Positions 24,984-32,000 of a stretch of DNA of 32,000 nucleotides are shown here, in pieces. Under the pieces are notes generated by a model. The model worked only from the letters and a program-made list of their open reading frames with translations, made no database searches and was not told the DNA's origin. Origin of the DNA: Bacteriovoracaceae bacterium UBA6200 (GTDB lineage: Bacteria; Bdellovibrionota; Bacteriovoracia; Bacteriovoracales; Bacteriovoracaceae); assembly GCA_002422605.1 (NCBI GenBank), contig DISW01000023.1, positions 195,949-227,948 of the forward strand. Reading direction: 5' to 3'. Each line of letters starts with the position of its first letter. Position 1 is the stretch's first letter. Position numbers and translations under genes: made by a program.

Positions 24984-25346
24984 CTATTTTACAATTACTC
25001 TACCAGTCATTTTCATCGCGATATGTGGAAGGCAGTAGTAAGGGAATTCACCTTTCTCATTGAATAGGAATTCGAATTTTTGACCGGCCTTTAAGTAGGG
25101 GCTTTTAAATTTTTTGTCATGAATTCCTTTGCGATTTTCAACGACACCGCTCACAACGTTATGGAGTTGATTATCTGTATTATTCCAGATGACTTTGGTA
25201 CCAGGTTTAATAGTGATTGTTTCCGGAGAAAAAAGGTAATCTTTACCTTTCCTAACCATGGTGACTTCAACGATGTCAGAAGCCAAAACGGATGAGGCCA
25301 TCATTAAGGCTGATAATAGAACTATTGGTTTTTTAAGAGAAATCAT
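24984..25346 (-). CDS. Secreted cupredoxin (plastocyanin/pseudoazurin-like type 1 copper protein)
   Basis: Signal peptide. HNV for the first His ligand and YYCLPHIAMKM for the Cys-x2-His-x4-Met ligands. GAGGA RBS. Confidence 0.8.
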   Translation of the reverse strand: MISLKKPIVLLSALMMASSVLASDIVEVTMVRKGKDYLFSPETITIKPGTKVIWNNTDNQLHNVVSGVVENRKGIHDKKFKSPYLKAGQKFEFLFNEKGEFPYYCLPHIAMKMTGRVIVK

Positions 25347-25427
25347 ACTTGTATCCTCGGTATAAAGTTGGGAGGGTAGTTAAATTATCCCCCGATTATG
25401 TTCACAAGGTATGATGGCAAGCATGAT

Positions 25428-25451
25428 ATAAGCTGACAAGTGTCAGCTTAT
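25428..25451. promoter_or_regulatory. Perfect palindrome with 11-bp arms and a 2-nt spacer, overlapping the ParB-like stop codon
   Basis: ATAAGCTGACA AG TGTCAGCTTAT, checked base by base. It lies 82-105 nt upstream of the cupredoxin ATG. No T-run follows it on the minus strand, so it could be either an operator or a terminator. Confidence 0.45.
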
Positions 25452-26335
25452 TGTATCTGGTCAGCCTCCTGAGAATTATACTTGACCTGAGTCCTCAGGT
25501 TGTTTTCTTCCCACATATGTTGAAGCTCGTTTACAAGTTTTTGAGTTTCTTGAGGAAAATCAGAAAATTCGAATCCTTCGAGCTGGAGCTGTTTGAGTTT
25601 TTTTAGAATTTTTTTAAGCGAACTATCGATTTCCAGGAATTCTCGTTGAAAAGGTTTATGAGGTGTGGACTTGATTGCCTCTGAAACACCATTGACCTTA
25701 GCTAATTTTACGAATTTTTTTATTTCACGAATTGGTAATTCTTTAACGTGATCGAGTGCCGTCTGCTGTTCTTCTTTATTTAGTTTAACAATTTCATTCG
25801 TCTGACTGAGTGAGAGCTCTCCGTTCCGTCGGGCCTCTTTAACTTCTGAAGATGCCAGCTCATCCCGCTTAATGGCCTGATGAATTTGTTTAGGAGATAG
25901 ACCTGTTTTTTCTGATACCATATGAAGAAATTTTTCGGCAGGAAGAATTTCGACAGAAGCGGCTTCTTTAGAAGATTGAACTTCGGCTTCAGGTTCCGGT
26001 TCCGGATGAATCTCCTGGTAGATTTCCTTGGCCCGACGAAGATGAGACTCCATTTCTATATTAGAGAGGTCTTTGCGGACAAGGTTTTCATCAATAGAAA
26101 CGAGTTCTCGTTCCAAAGCATTGCGGTCTACGACCATAACTGGGGCTTCGGTGTATCCTAAGTTTAAAAGGGCCTGATAACGGCGAGCTCCTGCAAGGAT
26201 GACATTATCTGTGGAGATAACCAAAGGAGCGATGAGACCTAAAGTTTGAATAGATTTTTCCAATTCAGTGACATCTGTTCCTAGACGTAAATATGGATTA
26301 GTGGCCTTAAGCTCACTGAGCTTTCTAACTTCCAC
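25448..26335 (-). CDS. ParB/Srx N-terminal-domain protein (orphan ParB-like, HTH-containing)
   Basis: LGLIAPLVISTDNVILAGARRYQAL (ParB box with GxRR) and TGLSPKQIHQAIKR (HTH-like). GTG start preceded by AAGGGAG at 6 nt. No ParA gene nearby. Confidence 0.7.
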   Translation of the reverse strand: MEVRKLSELKATNPYLRLGTDVTELEKSIQTLGLIAPLVISTDNVILAGARRYQALLNLGYTEAPVMVVDRNALERELVSIDENLVRKDLSNIEMESHLRRAKEIYQEIHPEPEPEAEVQSSKEAASVEILPAEKFLHMVSEKTGLSPKQIHQAIKRDELASSEVKEARRNGELSLSQTNEIVKLNKEEQQTALDHVKELPIREIKKFVKLAKVNGVSEAIKSTPHKPFQREFLEIDSSLKKILKKLKQLQLEGFEFSDFPQETQKLVNELQHMWEENNLRTQVKYNSQEADQIQ

Positions 26336-26505
26336 GAGTGACTCCCTTGATTAATTTGTAAGATTCTCTATGGTGCCCGAGTTGAGGTTTCTTGTCAGAT
26401 ATTACTGTTTTAAAAAAACTGACATGTAATAAAAATTGTTGATACTGCGAAATATCATGTTTGGGAAAATAAAAATTCATAGATAATAGTAAGTTCTTAA
26501 TCTAA

Positions 26506-28128
26506 ATGGAAGTTAGCTTGAATATTCAAACAAAAATTCTCATTCCTCTTGTCGTTATATTTAGTCTTATGTCTGGAGTCGTCATTTTCCTGAATTATTC
26601 AAATCAATTAGAATTTGTTGAAAAGGTAATAGAAGACCAGGCCGTTCAAACCGCCTCCCAATATTTTGATAGCGTCAATGCCATGATGATCACTGGGACC
26701 ATGGAGAATCGTGAGATTCTCCGGGAAAAACTTCTTGAGAATAAAGACATCACAGATGTACGCATTGTCCGATCGCCAGAGGTTAATGAGATGTACGGTG
26801 AAGGTTTGGGCCATGAAAGCGTTCAGGATGATTTGGATAAAAGAGGTCTTAACGGAGAGGAAATAAGAATCGTTCAAAGTTTTCAAGGCAAGCGTATTTT
26901 GACTGTTCTCGTTCCTGTTAGGGCAAGTTCCAATTATCGAGGTACTAATTGTCTGGAGTGCCATGATGTTAAAGAGGGCACGGTTCTTGGTGCAACAAGA
27001 ATTACTTATTCCTTAGAGCGGCAGGATCTGGAAGTTAAAGAAAATAGCATTCATGTGGGCAAGATGCTGATAGGGCTTTTTATCGTTGCTTTGATTATTG
27101 TGGTTTTTGTCTTAAGAGTTATTGCTATTAAGAGGCTTAAGCGAACTCAAAAAGAAATGGAAGGCATTGCAAACCACATGGATCTTACAAAAGTTCTTTC
27201 TCGAAACGGGTCTAAGGATGAAATAGCTAAACTTCTCAATGCTTTTGATGGGATGTTAAAGAACATACGGGAAAGTCTTTGCCATGTGAAAACTTCCACT
27301 GAAAAAATTGTTAATGGTACTGAAGAGATTACTGAAATTACTGATCTGACAGTTTCCAATATATTTCAACAAAAAGAAGAAATTAAACAGGTAGGAGAAA
27401 CTCTTCGGAAAATGAGTCACTCTTCTCAAACGGTGGCAGATAATACATCTCAATCTGAATTATTCACAAATACTGTGGAAGCTGAAGTCGCCGATGGCGC
27501 AAATCAAGCTTTCTCTGCCAGAGAAAAGATTAATAATCTTTATCAGAAAATTGAACAGGTTGCTTCTATCGCGGCCCGTTTGGAAGAGGAAACTGTTCGT
27601 ATCGCTCAAACCGTAAAAGTGGTTGATGATATCACCTTAAATACCCGCTTATTATCATTCAATGCTTCAGTGGAAGCCGCTCGAGCAAATCATGCCGGCC
27701 AGGGCTTTGCTGTTGTTGCGAGGGAGATTGGAGAACTGGCCCAGCAAACCAGTAATTCCAATAAGGGAATTGCTGAATGTACCAATCAGTTAAAACTTCT
27801 CATGCAGGAAACAGTGGGACTCATTAAAGACACTATGAAACTTGCGGATGAAGGACGAAATGAGGTGAATACTTCCTACGAAGCCTTTAAGAAAGTTTCC
27901 ATAGAAATGGCAAAGCTAAAAGAAGTCATGGTCGATATTGCAGGAAGTACGAAAGAGCAGAGTGAAGCCACTAAAGAGGTTGAAATTAATATCAACTCAA
28001 TCACAGAACTTTCAAATAAAACAACTGATGCGGCCCAGAGAATTGGTGAGGTCAGCAATGATTTTGCCAAGCTCACCAATGAACTTAATGAATTGATTAT
28101 GAGATTTAAATTGTTTCCAGATGATTAA
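26506..28128 (+). CDS. Methyl-accepting chemotaxis protein with a periplasmic CxxCH (haem-c, DUF3365/Tll0287-like) sensor domain
   Basis: TM1, a ~150 aa periplasmic region ending RGTNCLECHD...GTVLGATRI (CxxCH codons at 26950-26964), TM2, a HAMP-like segment and the signalling core LLSFNASVEAARANHAGQGFAVVAREIGELAQQT. Confidence 0.8.
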   Translation: MEVSLNIQTKILIPLVVIFSLMSGVVIFLNYSNQLEFVEKVIEDQAVQTASQYFDSVNAMMITGTMENREILREKLLENKDITDVRIVRSPEVNEMYGEGLGHESVQDDLDKRGLNGEEIRIVQSFQGKRILTVLVPVRASSNYRGTNCLECHDVKEGTVLGATRITYSLERQDLEVKENSIHVGKMLIGLFIVALIIVVFVLRVIAIKRLKRTQKEMEGIANHMDLTKVLSRNGSKDEIAKLLNAFDGMLKNIRESLCHVKTSTEKIVNGTEEITEITDLTVSNIFQQKEEIKQVGETLRKMSHSSQTVADNTSQSELFTNTVEAEVADGANQAFSAREKINNLYQKIEQVASIAARLEEETVRIAQTVKVVDDITLNTRLLSFNASVEAARANHAGQGFAVVAREIGELAQQTSNSNKGIAECTNQLKLLMQETVGLIKDTMKLADEGRNEVNTSYEAFKKVSIEMAKLKEVMVDIAGSTKEQSEATKEVEININSITELSNKTTDAAQRIGEVSNDFAKLTNELNELIMRFKLFPDD

Positions 28129-28817
28129 TTGTTTGAAATCTCTTTAAGTTTGTCCGGCTTAATGATGTAGAGGATCTTCTCTTTCTCTTCGATAATGCCG
28201 CATTCTTTAAATTCGGTGATAAAACGAGTAACTGTTTCATTAACTGTTCCCGTAAGCGAGGCTATCTCCTCTCGAGTAAGCTTTACATCAATTCTGAGAC
28301 CATCATGTAATTGGGTCCCATACTTTATACTCATTTGAATAAGGAGATCCGCCAGGCGTGATTTGACGTTTTTACTAATAAATGAAGTTATTCTTAAATC
28401 AGCATCCTTAAGCTCGTGAGAAAGATATTTAAGAAAATGTTGCGTTAGCTGAGGATGTTCTTCGATGGCCTTCATCAGAAAATCTTTTTCAATATAACAG
28501 AGGTTAGCGTCTTCAAGCACCGTGGCGGTTGCAATGTAATGCTCACCTTCAAAAATGTGATAATGGCCCGCCATGTCGCCCTGACCCTTTATTTTAATCA
28601 TGGCATCTTTACCATTGGGTTCTTTCCGGACGATTTTAACTTTGCCACTTTGAATGCAATAAAGGCCGTTAGCAAGTTGTCCAGCTACATAGAGAACTTC
28701 GCCTTTTTTTAATTTCTTTTCTACTTTGTGATGATCAATTTTTTCTACAATGGTTGTGTCTAGACCACAAAAGAATCCATTTTTCTTACTTGTGCAGTTG
28801 ATGCAGCTGGTGCCCAT
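28125..28817 (-). CDS. Crp/Fnr-family transcriptional regulator, FNR-type with an N-terminal Cys cluster
   Basis: N-terminal C5-x2-C8-x8-C17 plus a central Cys in ANLCYIEKDF (equivalent context to E. coli FNR Cys122). cNMP-like beta-roll and an HTH with NETVTR (E..xR recognition helix). AAGGAG RBS. Confidence 0.8.
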   Translation of the reverse strand: MGTSCINCTSKKNGFFCGLDTTIVEKIDHHKVEKKLKKGEVLYVAGQLANGLYCIQSGKVKIVRKEPNGKDAMIKIKGQGDMAGHYHIFEGEHYIATATVLEDANLCYIEKDFLMKAIEEHPQLTQHFLKYLSHELKDADLRITSFISKNVKSRLADLLIQMSIKYGTQLHDGLRIDVKLTREEIASLTGTVNETVTRFITEFKECGIIEEKEKILYIIKPDKLKEISNN

Positions 28818-28943
28818 TCATACTCCTTACGAGGGTTGAAGATACTCTGAATCATAATGGGGTGTTAGTTTTTCGTAAGCGCCAAATTTGGCATATGGTT
28901 CAAAAGTGTGAGGAAGGCCACCATAGTGGCCTTTGTAAGGAAT

Positions 28944-29417
28944 TTACTTAGTTATAAGAGTCACTGAGAGATTATTTCTTCTATCTACTCTTCCAGTTAA
29001 CTTACAGTTACCTGTTAAATAGATCGTTGGTCTTTTGAAAATACGGCTGACTCCTAGAGTTCCACAGTCAACATCTTCTGAAGTGCCATGATAAATAAGC
29101 TTGTCTCCCATGAGCATCAGCCCCTCAACAGCAACTTTTTGCTGGTAAATAACGGTTGGAACTGATTGTGGTATTGGATGACGACCACCTGGACCAGGGT
29201 AGCCTGGTCCTGGATAATGATGACCCCAAGTATAACGTTCTTCTACGACAGTCACTTCCACAAAACCTTGACCAGTAGTCTGATTAACTTGAAAGCGTGT
29301 GTTTACGGATTGGTACGAATTCTCAATTCTGGTCAGCCTACTTTCCAGAATGGTTATTTCTGAAGCATGAAGTAGAGAAGTAAGTGAGAAGAAGCTAAGT
29401 AGGATCATAAATTTCAT
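28944..29417 (-). CDS. Secreted hypothetical protein with a His/Pro/Gly-rich loop
   Basis: The ATG at 29417 has an AAGGAG RBS at 7-nt spacing. Signal peptide MKFMILLSFFSLTSLLHA. Internal motif WGHHYPGPGYPGPGGRHP. Confidence 0.55.
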   Translation of the reverse strand: MKFMILLSFFSLTSLLHASEITILESRLTRIENSYQSVNTRFQVNQTTGQGFVEVTVVEERYTWGHHYPGPGYPGPGGRHPIPQSVPTVIYQQKVAVEGLMLMGDKLIYHGTSEDVDCGTLGVSRIFKRPTIYLTGNCKLTGRVDRRNNLSVTLITK

Positions 29418-29547
29418 GTCGTATCTCCTTAGTTGATCGTTGCCGGACTTCTTATCTCTTAATTTTTTCCATGTCATGAGAATTTCCTGATTTTATCAGT
29501 AAATATAAGCTAAAGTTAAACGACGTTTGAAAAAAACTGGAGGAGTT

Positions 29548-29991
29548 ATGAAAGCCAAAAAAATTGTCATCGCAGTAAGTCTTGAGGAAGAAACTCTTAA
29601 GCCGCTACAACAGCTTAAGAATATGGGCATCTCTCAGGATGCAGAGATCCATTTAGTGCATATTGTTCCAACAATACTATATGCACGCGGCATGCAATTT
29701 TCAGTTTTAACTTATCCTCTTCCTGAGGAGCGTCCTAAAATTGAAGAGGATATCATCTCCAGACTTAAAGAAATTAAAAACGATATTTTGCCAGAAGTTC
29801 AGAATGTAACTTTTAAATGTCTTTTTGATGCTAACGAAAAAGCTGCTTTTAATGATTATGTAGAGGCACAAAAAGCTGATTTAGTGATTGTGGCCACAAG
29901 AGGCAGACATGGACTTAAAACGATCTTTGACAGTTCATTTGCCCAGCATCAGTTGAAGTACTCACCAGTAAACGTTCTGGTTTTAAGATAG
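29548..29991 (+). CDS. Universal stress protein (UspA family)
   Basis: KIVIAVS... and VIVATRGRHGLKTIFDSSFAQHQLKYSPVNVLVL are typical of the family. The ATG at 29548 with a GGAGGAG RBS is preferred over the TTG at 29527. Confidence 0.75.
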   Translation: MKAKKIVIAVSLEEETLKPLQQLKNMGISQDAEIHLVHIVPTILYARGMQFSVLTYPLPEERPKIEEDIISRLKEIKNDILPEVQNVTFKCLFDANEKAAFNDYVEAQKADLVIVATRGRHGLKTIFDSSFAQHQLKYSPVNVLVLR

Positions 29992-29993
29992 GA

Positions 29994-30881
29994 TTAAATT
30001 TTAATATGCCAAGGTTCGTAGCGTACGCCTAAAGAGTTCATCTCTTCATAGCGTATGTCTACGTAACCGAGGTCTCTTAGAATTTGAAATTCTCTTGTCG
30101 CTGCAAAATTTTCATTGAAGTTATTAAGTCCAAATCCTACTTTCCCAATATCAAAATCATTCTGTCCGTGGAAGGAATAGCCTGGAGGAGCAAGGGATCT
30201 GGATGCCTTAGACAAATTCCCCTCTGATTGATGTGTCTTCTCCAAAAATAAATGGAATTGTTTGGCAAGGGCCCTTACTCCTGAAGTAAGGATAATTGAG
30301 TCCCCAACATCTTTTCTAATTTTATTGTAGGCATCCAGGGAAGGACCTTTCCTTAAAAAATGGCCTGTATAGGGAACCTTCACAGTTGTTTTTTTGGAAA
30401 TATTTTGCGTGAGCGATGTGAAATTTTTCTCACCATGAAAGCCATATGATCTGGCATCAAAATAAAAAAGTCGTTCGATGAAATCTTTTTCTTCCCGGGT
30501 AACAGCTTCAATTCTTGCAGCTGATCGAGAGTACATAAAAAATTCATCCATCCCGAGCAAATTGAAGTTACCATTACCGACATATCTTTGCACGGCCCTA
30601 AACTTTGCTAACACTTGCTCGAGAAGTATGGCATCCTGACCTTTGCAATAGATGTCGTCTGCAAAGTTCTCATTAAAATTAAGACTTTTTTTAGTGATAT
30701 CATTACCAGCATCAAGCACCTTATCGGTGTTGTCTAGAGCGGCTGATCCTATATCTTCCAGATGAGACACTTCTTTATTTTCAATTGGTTTCTGGAAAAA
30801 AGAGGGTAAGTGGAGGGAACATCCACAAGAAAAGAGAGGTAGAGAATAAGAAAGATATTTTACAAATTCTCTTCTCTTCAT
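29994..30881 (-). CDS. M15 (VanY/LAS-type) D-Ala-D-Ala carboxypeptidase-like metallopeptidase with a Tat-like signal
   Basis: MKRREFVKY twin-arginine-like motif, PGYSFHGQNDFDIG (H...D) and EPWHIKI. Confidence 0.65.
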   Translation of the reverse strand: MKRREFVKYLSYSLPLFSCGCSLHLPSFFQKPIENKEVSHLEDIGSAALDNTDKVLDAGNDITKKSLNFNENFADDIYCKGQDAILLEQVLAKFRAVQRYVGNGNFNLLGMDEFFMYSRSAARIEAVTREEKDFIERLFYFDARSYGFHGEKNFTSLTQNISKKTTVKVPYTGHFLRKGPSLDAYNKIRKDVGDSIILTSGVRALAKQFHLFLEKTHQSEGNLSKASRSLAPPGYSFHGQNDFDIGKVGFGLNNFNENFAATREFQILRDLGYVDIRYEEMNSLGVRYEPWHIKI

Positions 30882-31258
30882 CAGCGATTTCCGTTGATTG
30901 GACCGCGAGGTTTATTGGTTTTCTTTAAGCTGATTTCAGATGGAGAAAGAGTTGCTCCATGTTCACGGCGAAACATCTTTTTTATTGAAGTATCACTTTG
31001 AGCAGTCTGGCGGCAGGTATCTGCAATTTTTAATTGATCAGCACATTTAACACAAATCCATTCAGCTTCAGTTGTAGGATTGTGATGGTAGTAAAGTTCT
31101 ACGTCTGGACGTACTTGTTGGCATTCTTCACAGAAATTTCTTTGATCCTGGTGAAGGACTGATTCTGTTACTTGTTTCTTTTTTATCTGTTCCCGCTCAT
31201 TAGGGTTTTGTGTAGGTTTAAGTCCTGCTTTGAGTAACTGCTCTTTTAAGCTTTTCAC
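30881..31258 (-). CDS. DUF2058-like small basic protein with a zinc-ribbon
   Basis: MKSLKEQLLKAGLK resembles the YaiL/DUF2058 N-terminus. FCEEC...ICVKC forms a Cys4 ribbon. Its stop overlaps the M15 peptidase start (TGATG). Confidence 0.5.
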   Translation of the reverse strand: MKSLKEQLLKAGLKPTQNPNEREQIKKKQVTESVLHQDQRNFCEECQQVRPDVELYYHHNPTTEAEWICVKCADQLKIADTCRQTAQSDTSIKKMFRREHGATLSPSEISLKKTNKPRGPINGNR

Positions 31259-31335
31259 TGTCGGTTCTCCATTCTGGTTTTTCCTAATGGTAGCAAAAAT
31301 CCAAACGTTCCACTACTGCCAGTTTTTGCCCCGAC

Positions 31336-32000
31336 TTATTTGAGCATAATATCTTCAAAAGAGGCGAGTCCGGCTTTGGCCCCTTCACCCATGGCTATAA
31401 TAATTTGTTTGTATGGGACTGTAGTAACGTCACCTGCGGCGTAAATACCCGGAACATTTGTGCGACATTTTTCATCCACTACGATTTCTCCGAAGCGATT
31501 GGTTGCCACCATGCCTTTGATAAAGCCCGAGTTAGGTACCAGACCAATTTGAACGAATACTCCATCTAGTTCAATTTGCTTGATTTCACCTGTACTACGG
31601 TCTTCAAACTCTAATGAAGTCACTTTGCCATTATCTCCAATAACCCGATTGGTACGAGCATTCTTATGAATGGTTACATTGGGAAGGGACGAGAGCTTTT
31701 GAACCAAAACCTGATCAGCCTTTAATTCTGGCGCGAATTCAAATAAAGTGACCGACTTCACAATTCCGGCAAGGTCAATGGCCGCTTCTACTCCGGAGTT
31801 CCCCCCACCGATCACAGCGATATCTTTTCCTTTAAAATAGGGACCATCGCAGTGCGGACAAAAGGCCACCCCGCGTCCAAGGTATTCCTTTTCTCCCGGT
31901 ATTCCAAGTTCCCGCCACTTGGCGCCAGTGGCAACAATGAGGGATTTTGTTTTGAGGAATTCGCCACTTTCAAGCTCCAGCCGCTTCATTTCTCCTTCAC
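31336..32000 (-). CDS. ahpF: Alkyl hydroperoxide reductase subunit F, C-terminal part (N-terminus outside the window)
   Basis: [21 protein letters not shown] (AhpF redox centre), [17 protein letters not shown] and [23 protein letters not shown]. The frame continues open upstream of the listed Met to base 32000. Confidence 0.85.
   Translation of the reverse strand, partial: EGEMKRLELESGEFLKTKSLIVATGAKWRELGIPGEKEYLGRGVAFCPHCDGPYFKGKDIAVIGGGNSGVEAAIDLAGIVKSVTLFEFAPELKADQVLVQKLSSLPNVTIHKNARTNRVIGDNGKVTSLEFEDRSTGEIKQIELDGVFVQIGLVPNSGFIKGMVATNRFGEIVVDEKCRTNVPGIYAAGDVTTVPYKQIIIAMGEGAKAGLASFEDIMLK

Noticed and set aside
25347-25447. FNR/CRP box (TTGAT-N4-ATCAA) in the cupredoxin-nirK promoter, and likewise in 26336-26505 and 28818-28943
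   Set aside because: Only half-site-like fragments are present (TTGTGAACATAATC, TTGATTAATTTGTA, and TTGAT-N10-ATCA). None has both halves at N4 spacing.
26371-26385. Sigma-54-like TGGTGC-N5-TTGA upstream of the MCP gene
   Set aside because: The critical -12 GC is GA here, and no enhancer-binding protein gene is nearby.
28881-28892. 12-nt perfect palindrome GCCAAATTTGGC upstream of the FNR-type gene
   Set aside because: Several 6+6 palindromes are expected by chance in 32 kb. It matches no known operator consensus.
29487-29499. Palindrome CTGATTTTATCAG between the secreted-protein and USP genes as a candidate FNR site
   Set aside because: The arms are only 5 bp and the spacing is N3 rather than N4, which is expected by chance in AT-rich intergenic DNA. 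It is worth a glance only if an FNR motif is defined experimentally.
31978-31992. AAGGAG followed by ATG at 31989, suggesting a 217-aa stand-alone ORF
   Set aside because: The protein aligns by eye to the C-terminal ~220 residues of AhpF and would lack the FAD-binding N-terminal part. The frame stays open to the window edge, so this is an internal Met.
1-32000. Search for CRISPR arrays, tRNA/rRNA genes, retron/DGR-type reverse transcriptases, toxin-antitoxin pairs and ATPase/nuclease defence cassettes
   Set aside because: No non-coding gap exceeds ~170 nt and no regularly spaced repeats are present. No RT, Cas, P-loop ATPase or helicase motifs appear in any listed translation. The only nuclease-like and ParB-like genes stand alone.

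Overview
By eye this is a roughly 40-43% GC bacterial chromosomal window. It is densely coding, with about 45 genes and intergenic gaps of at most ~170 nt. I saw no rRNA, tRNA or CRISPR array. Most genes are housekeeping or stress functions: selO, trxC, metG, a ppiC-type parvulin, a Zn alcohol dehydrogenase, dienelactone hydrolase, DJ-1/PfpI, AlkB-like dioxygenase, a SufU/XdhC pair, sugE, two MgtC-family genes, a USP and the 3' part of ahpF. Between them sit many signal-peptide or lipoprotein ORFs and secreted hydrolases (HNH nuclease, trypsin-like protease, metzincin-like lipoprotein, Tat-signal M15 peptidase). That content is reminiscent of a predatory Bdellovibrionota/Bacteriovorax-like organism, but this is inference only. 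The most interesting stretch is 22.25-28.8 kb. It starts with a ~1.3 kb IS-like element with 32-nt imperfect terminal inverted repeats, inserted exactly between two convergent stop codons. Next comes a cupredoxin / secreted CxxC protein / NirK operon. Beyond that are an orphan ParB-like gene with a perfect 11-bp-arm palindrome over its stop codon, a chemoreceptor whose periplasmic domain carries a CxxCH haem-c motif, and an FNR-type regulator. I found no classical defence system, retroelement or toxin-antitoxin pair. All calls rest on motif recognition in the supplied translations and on hand-checked DNA. No database search was run.
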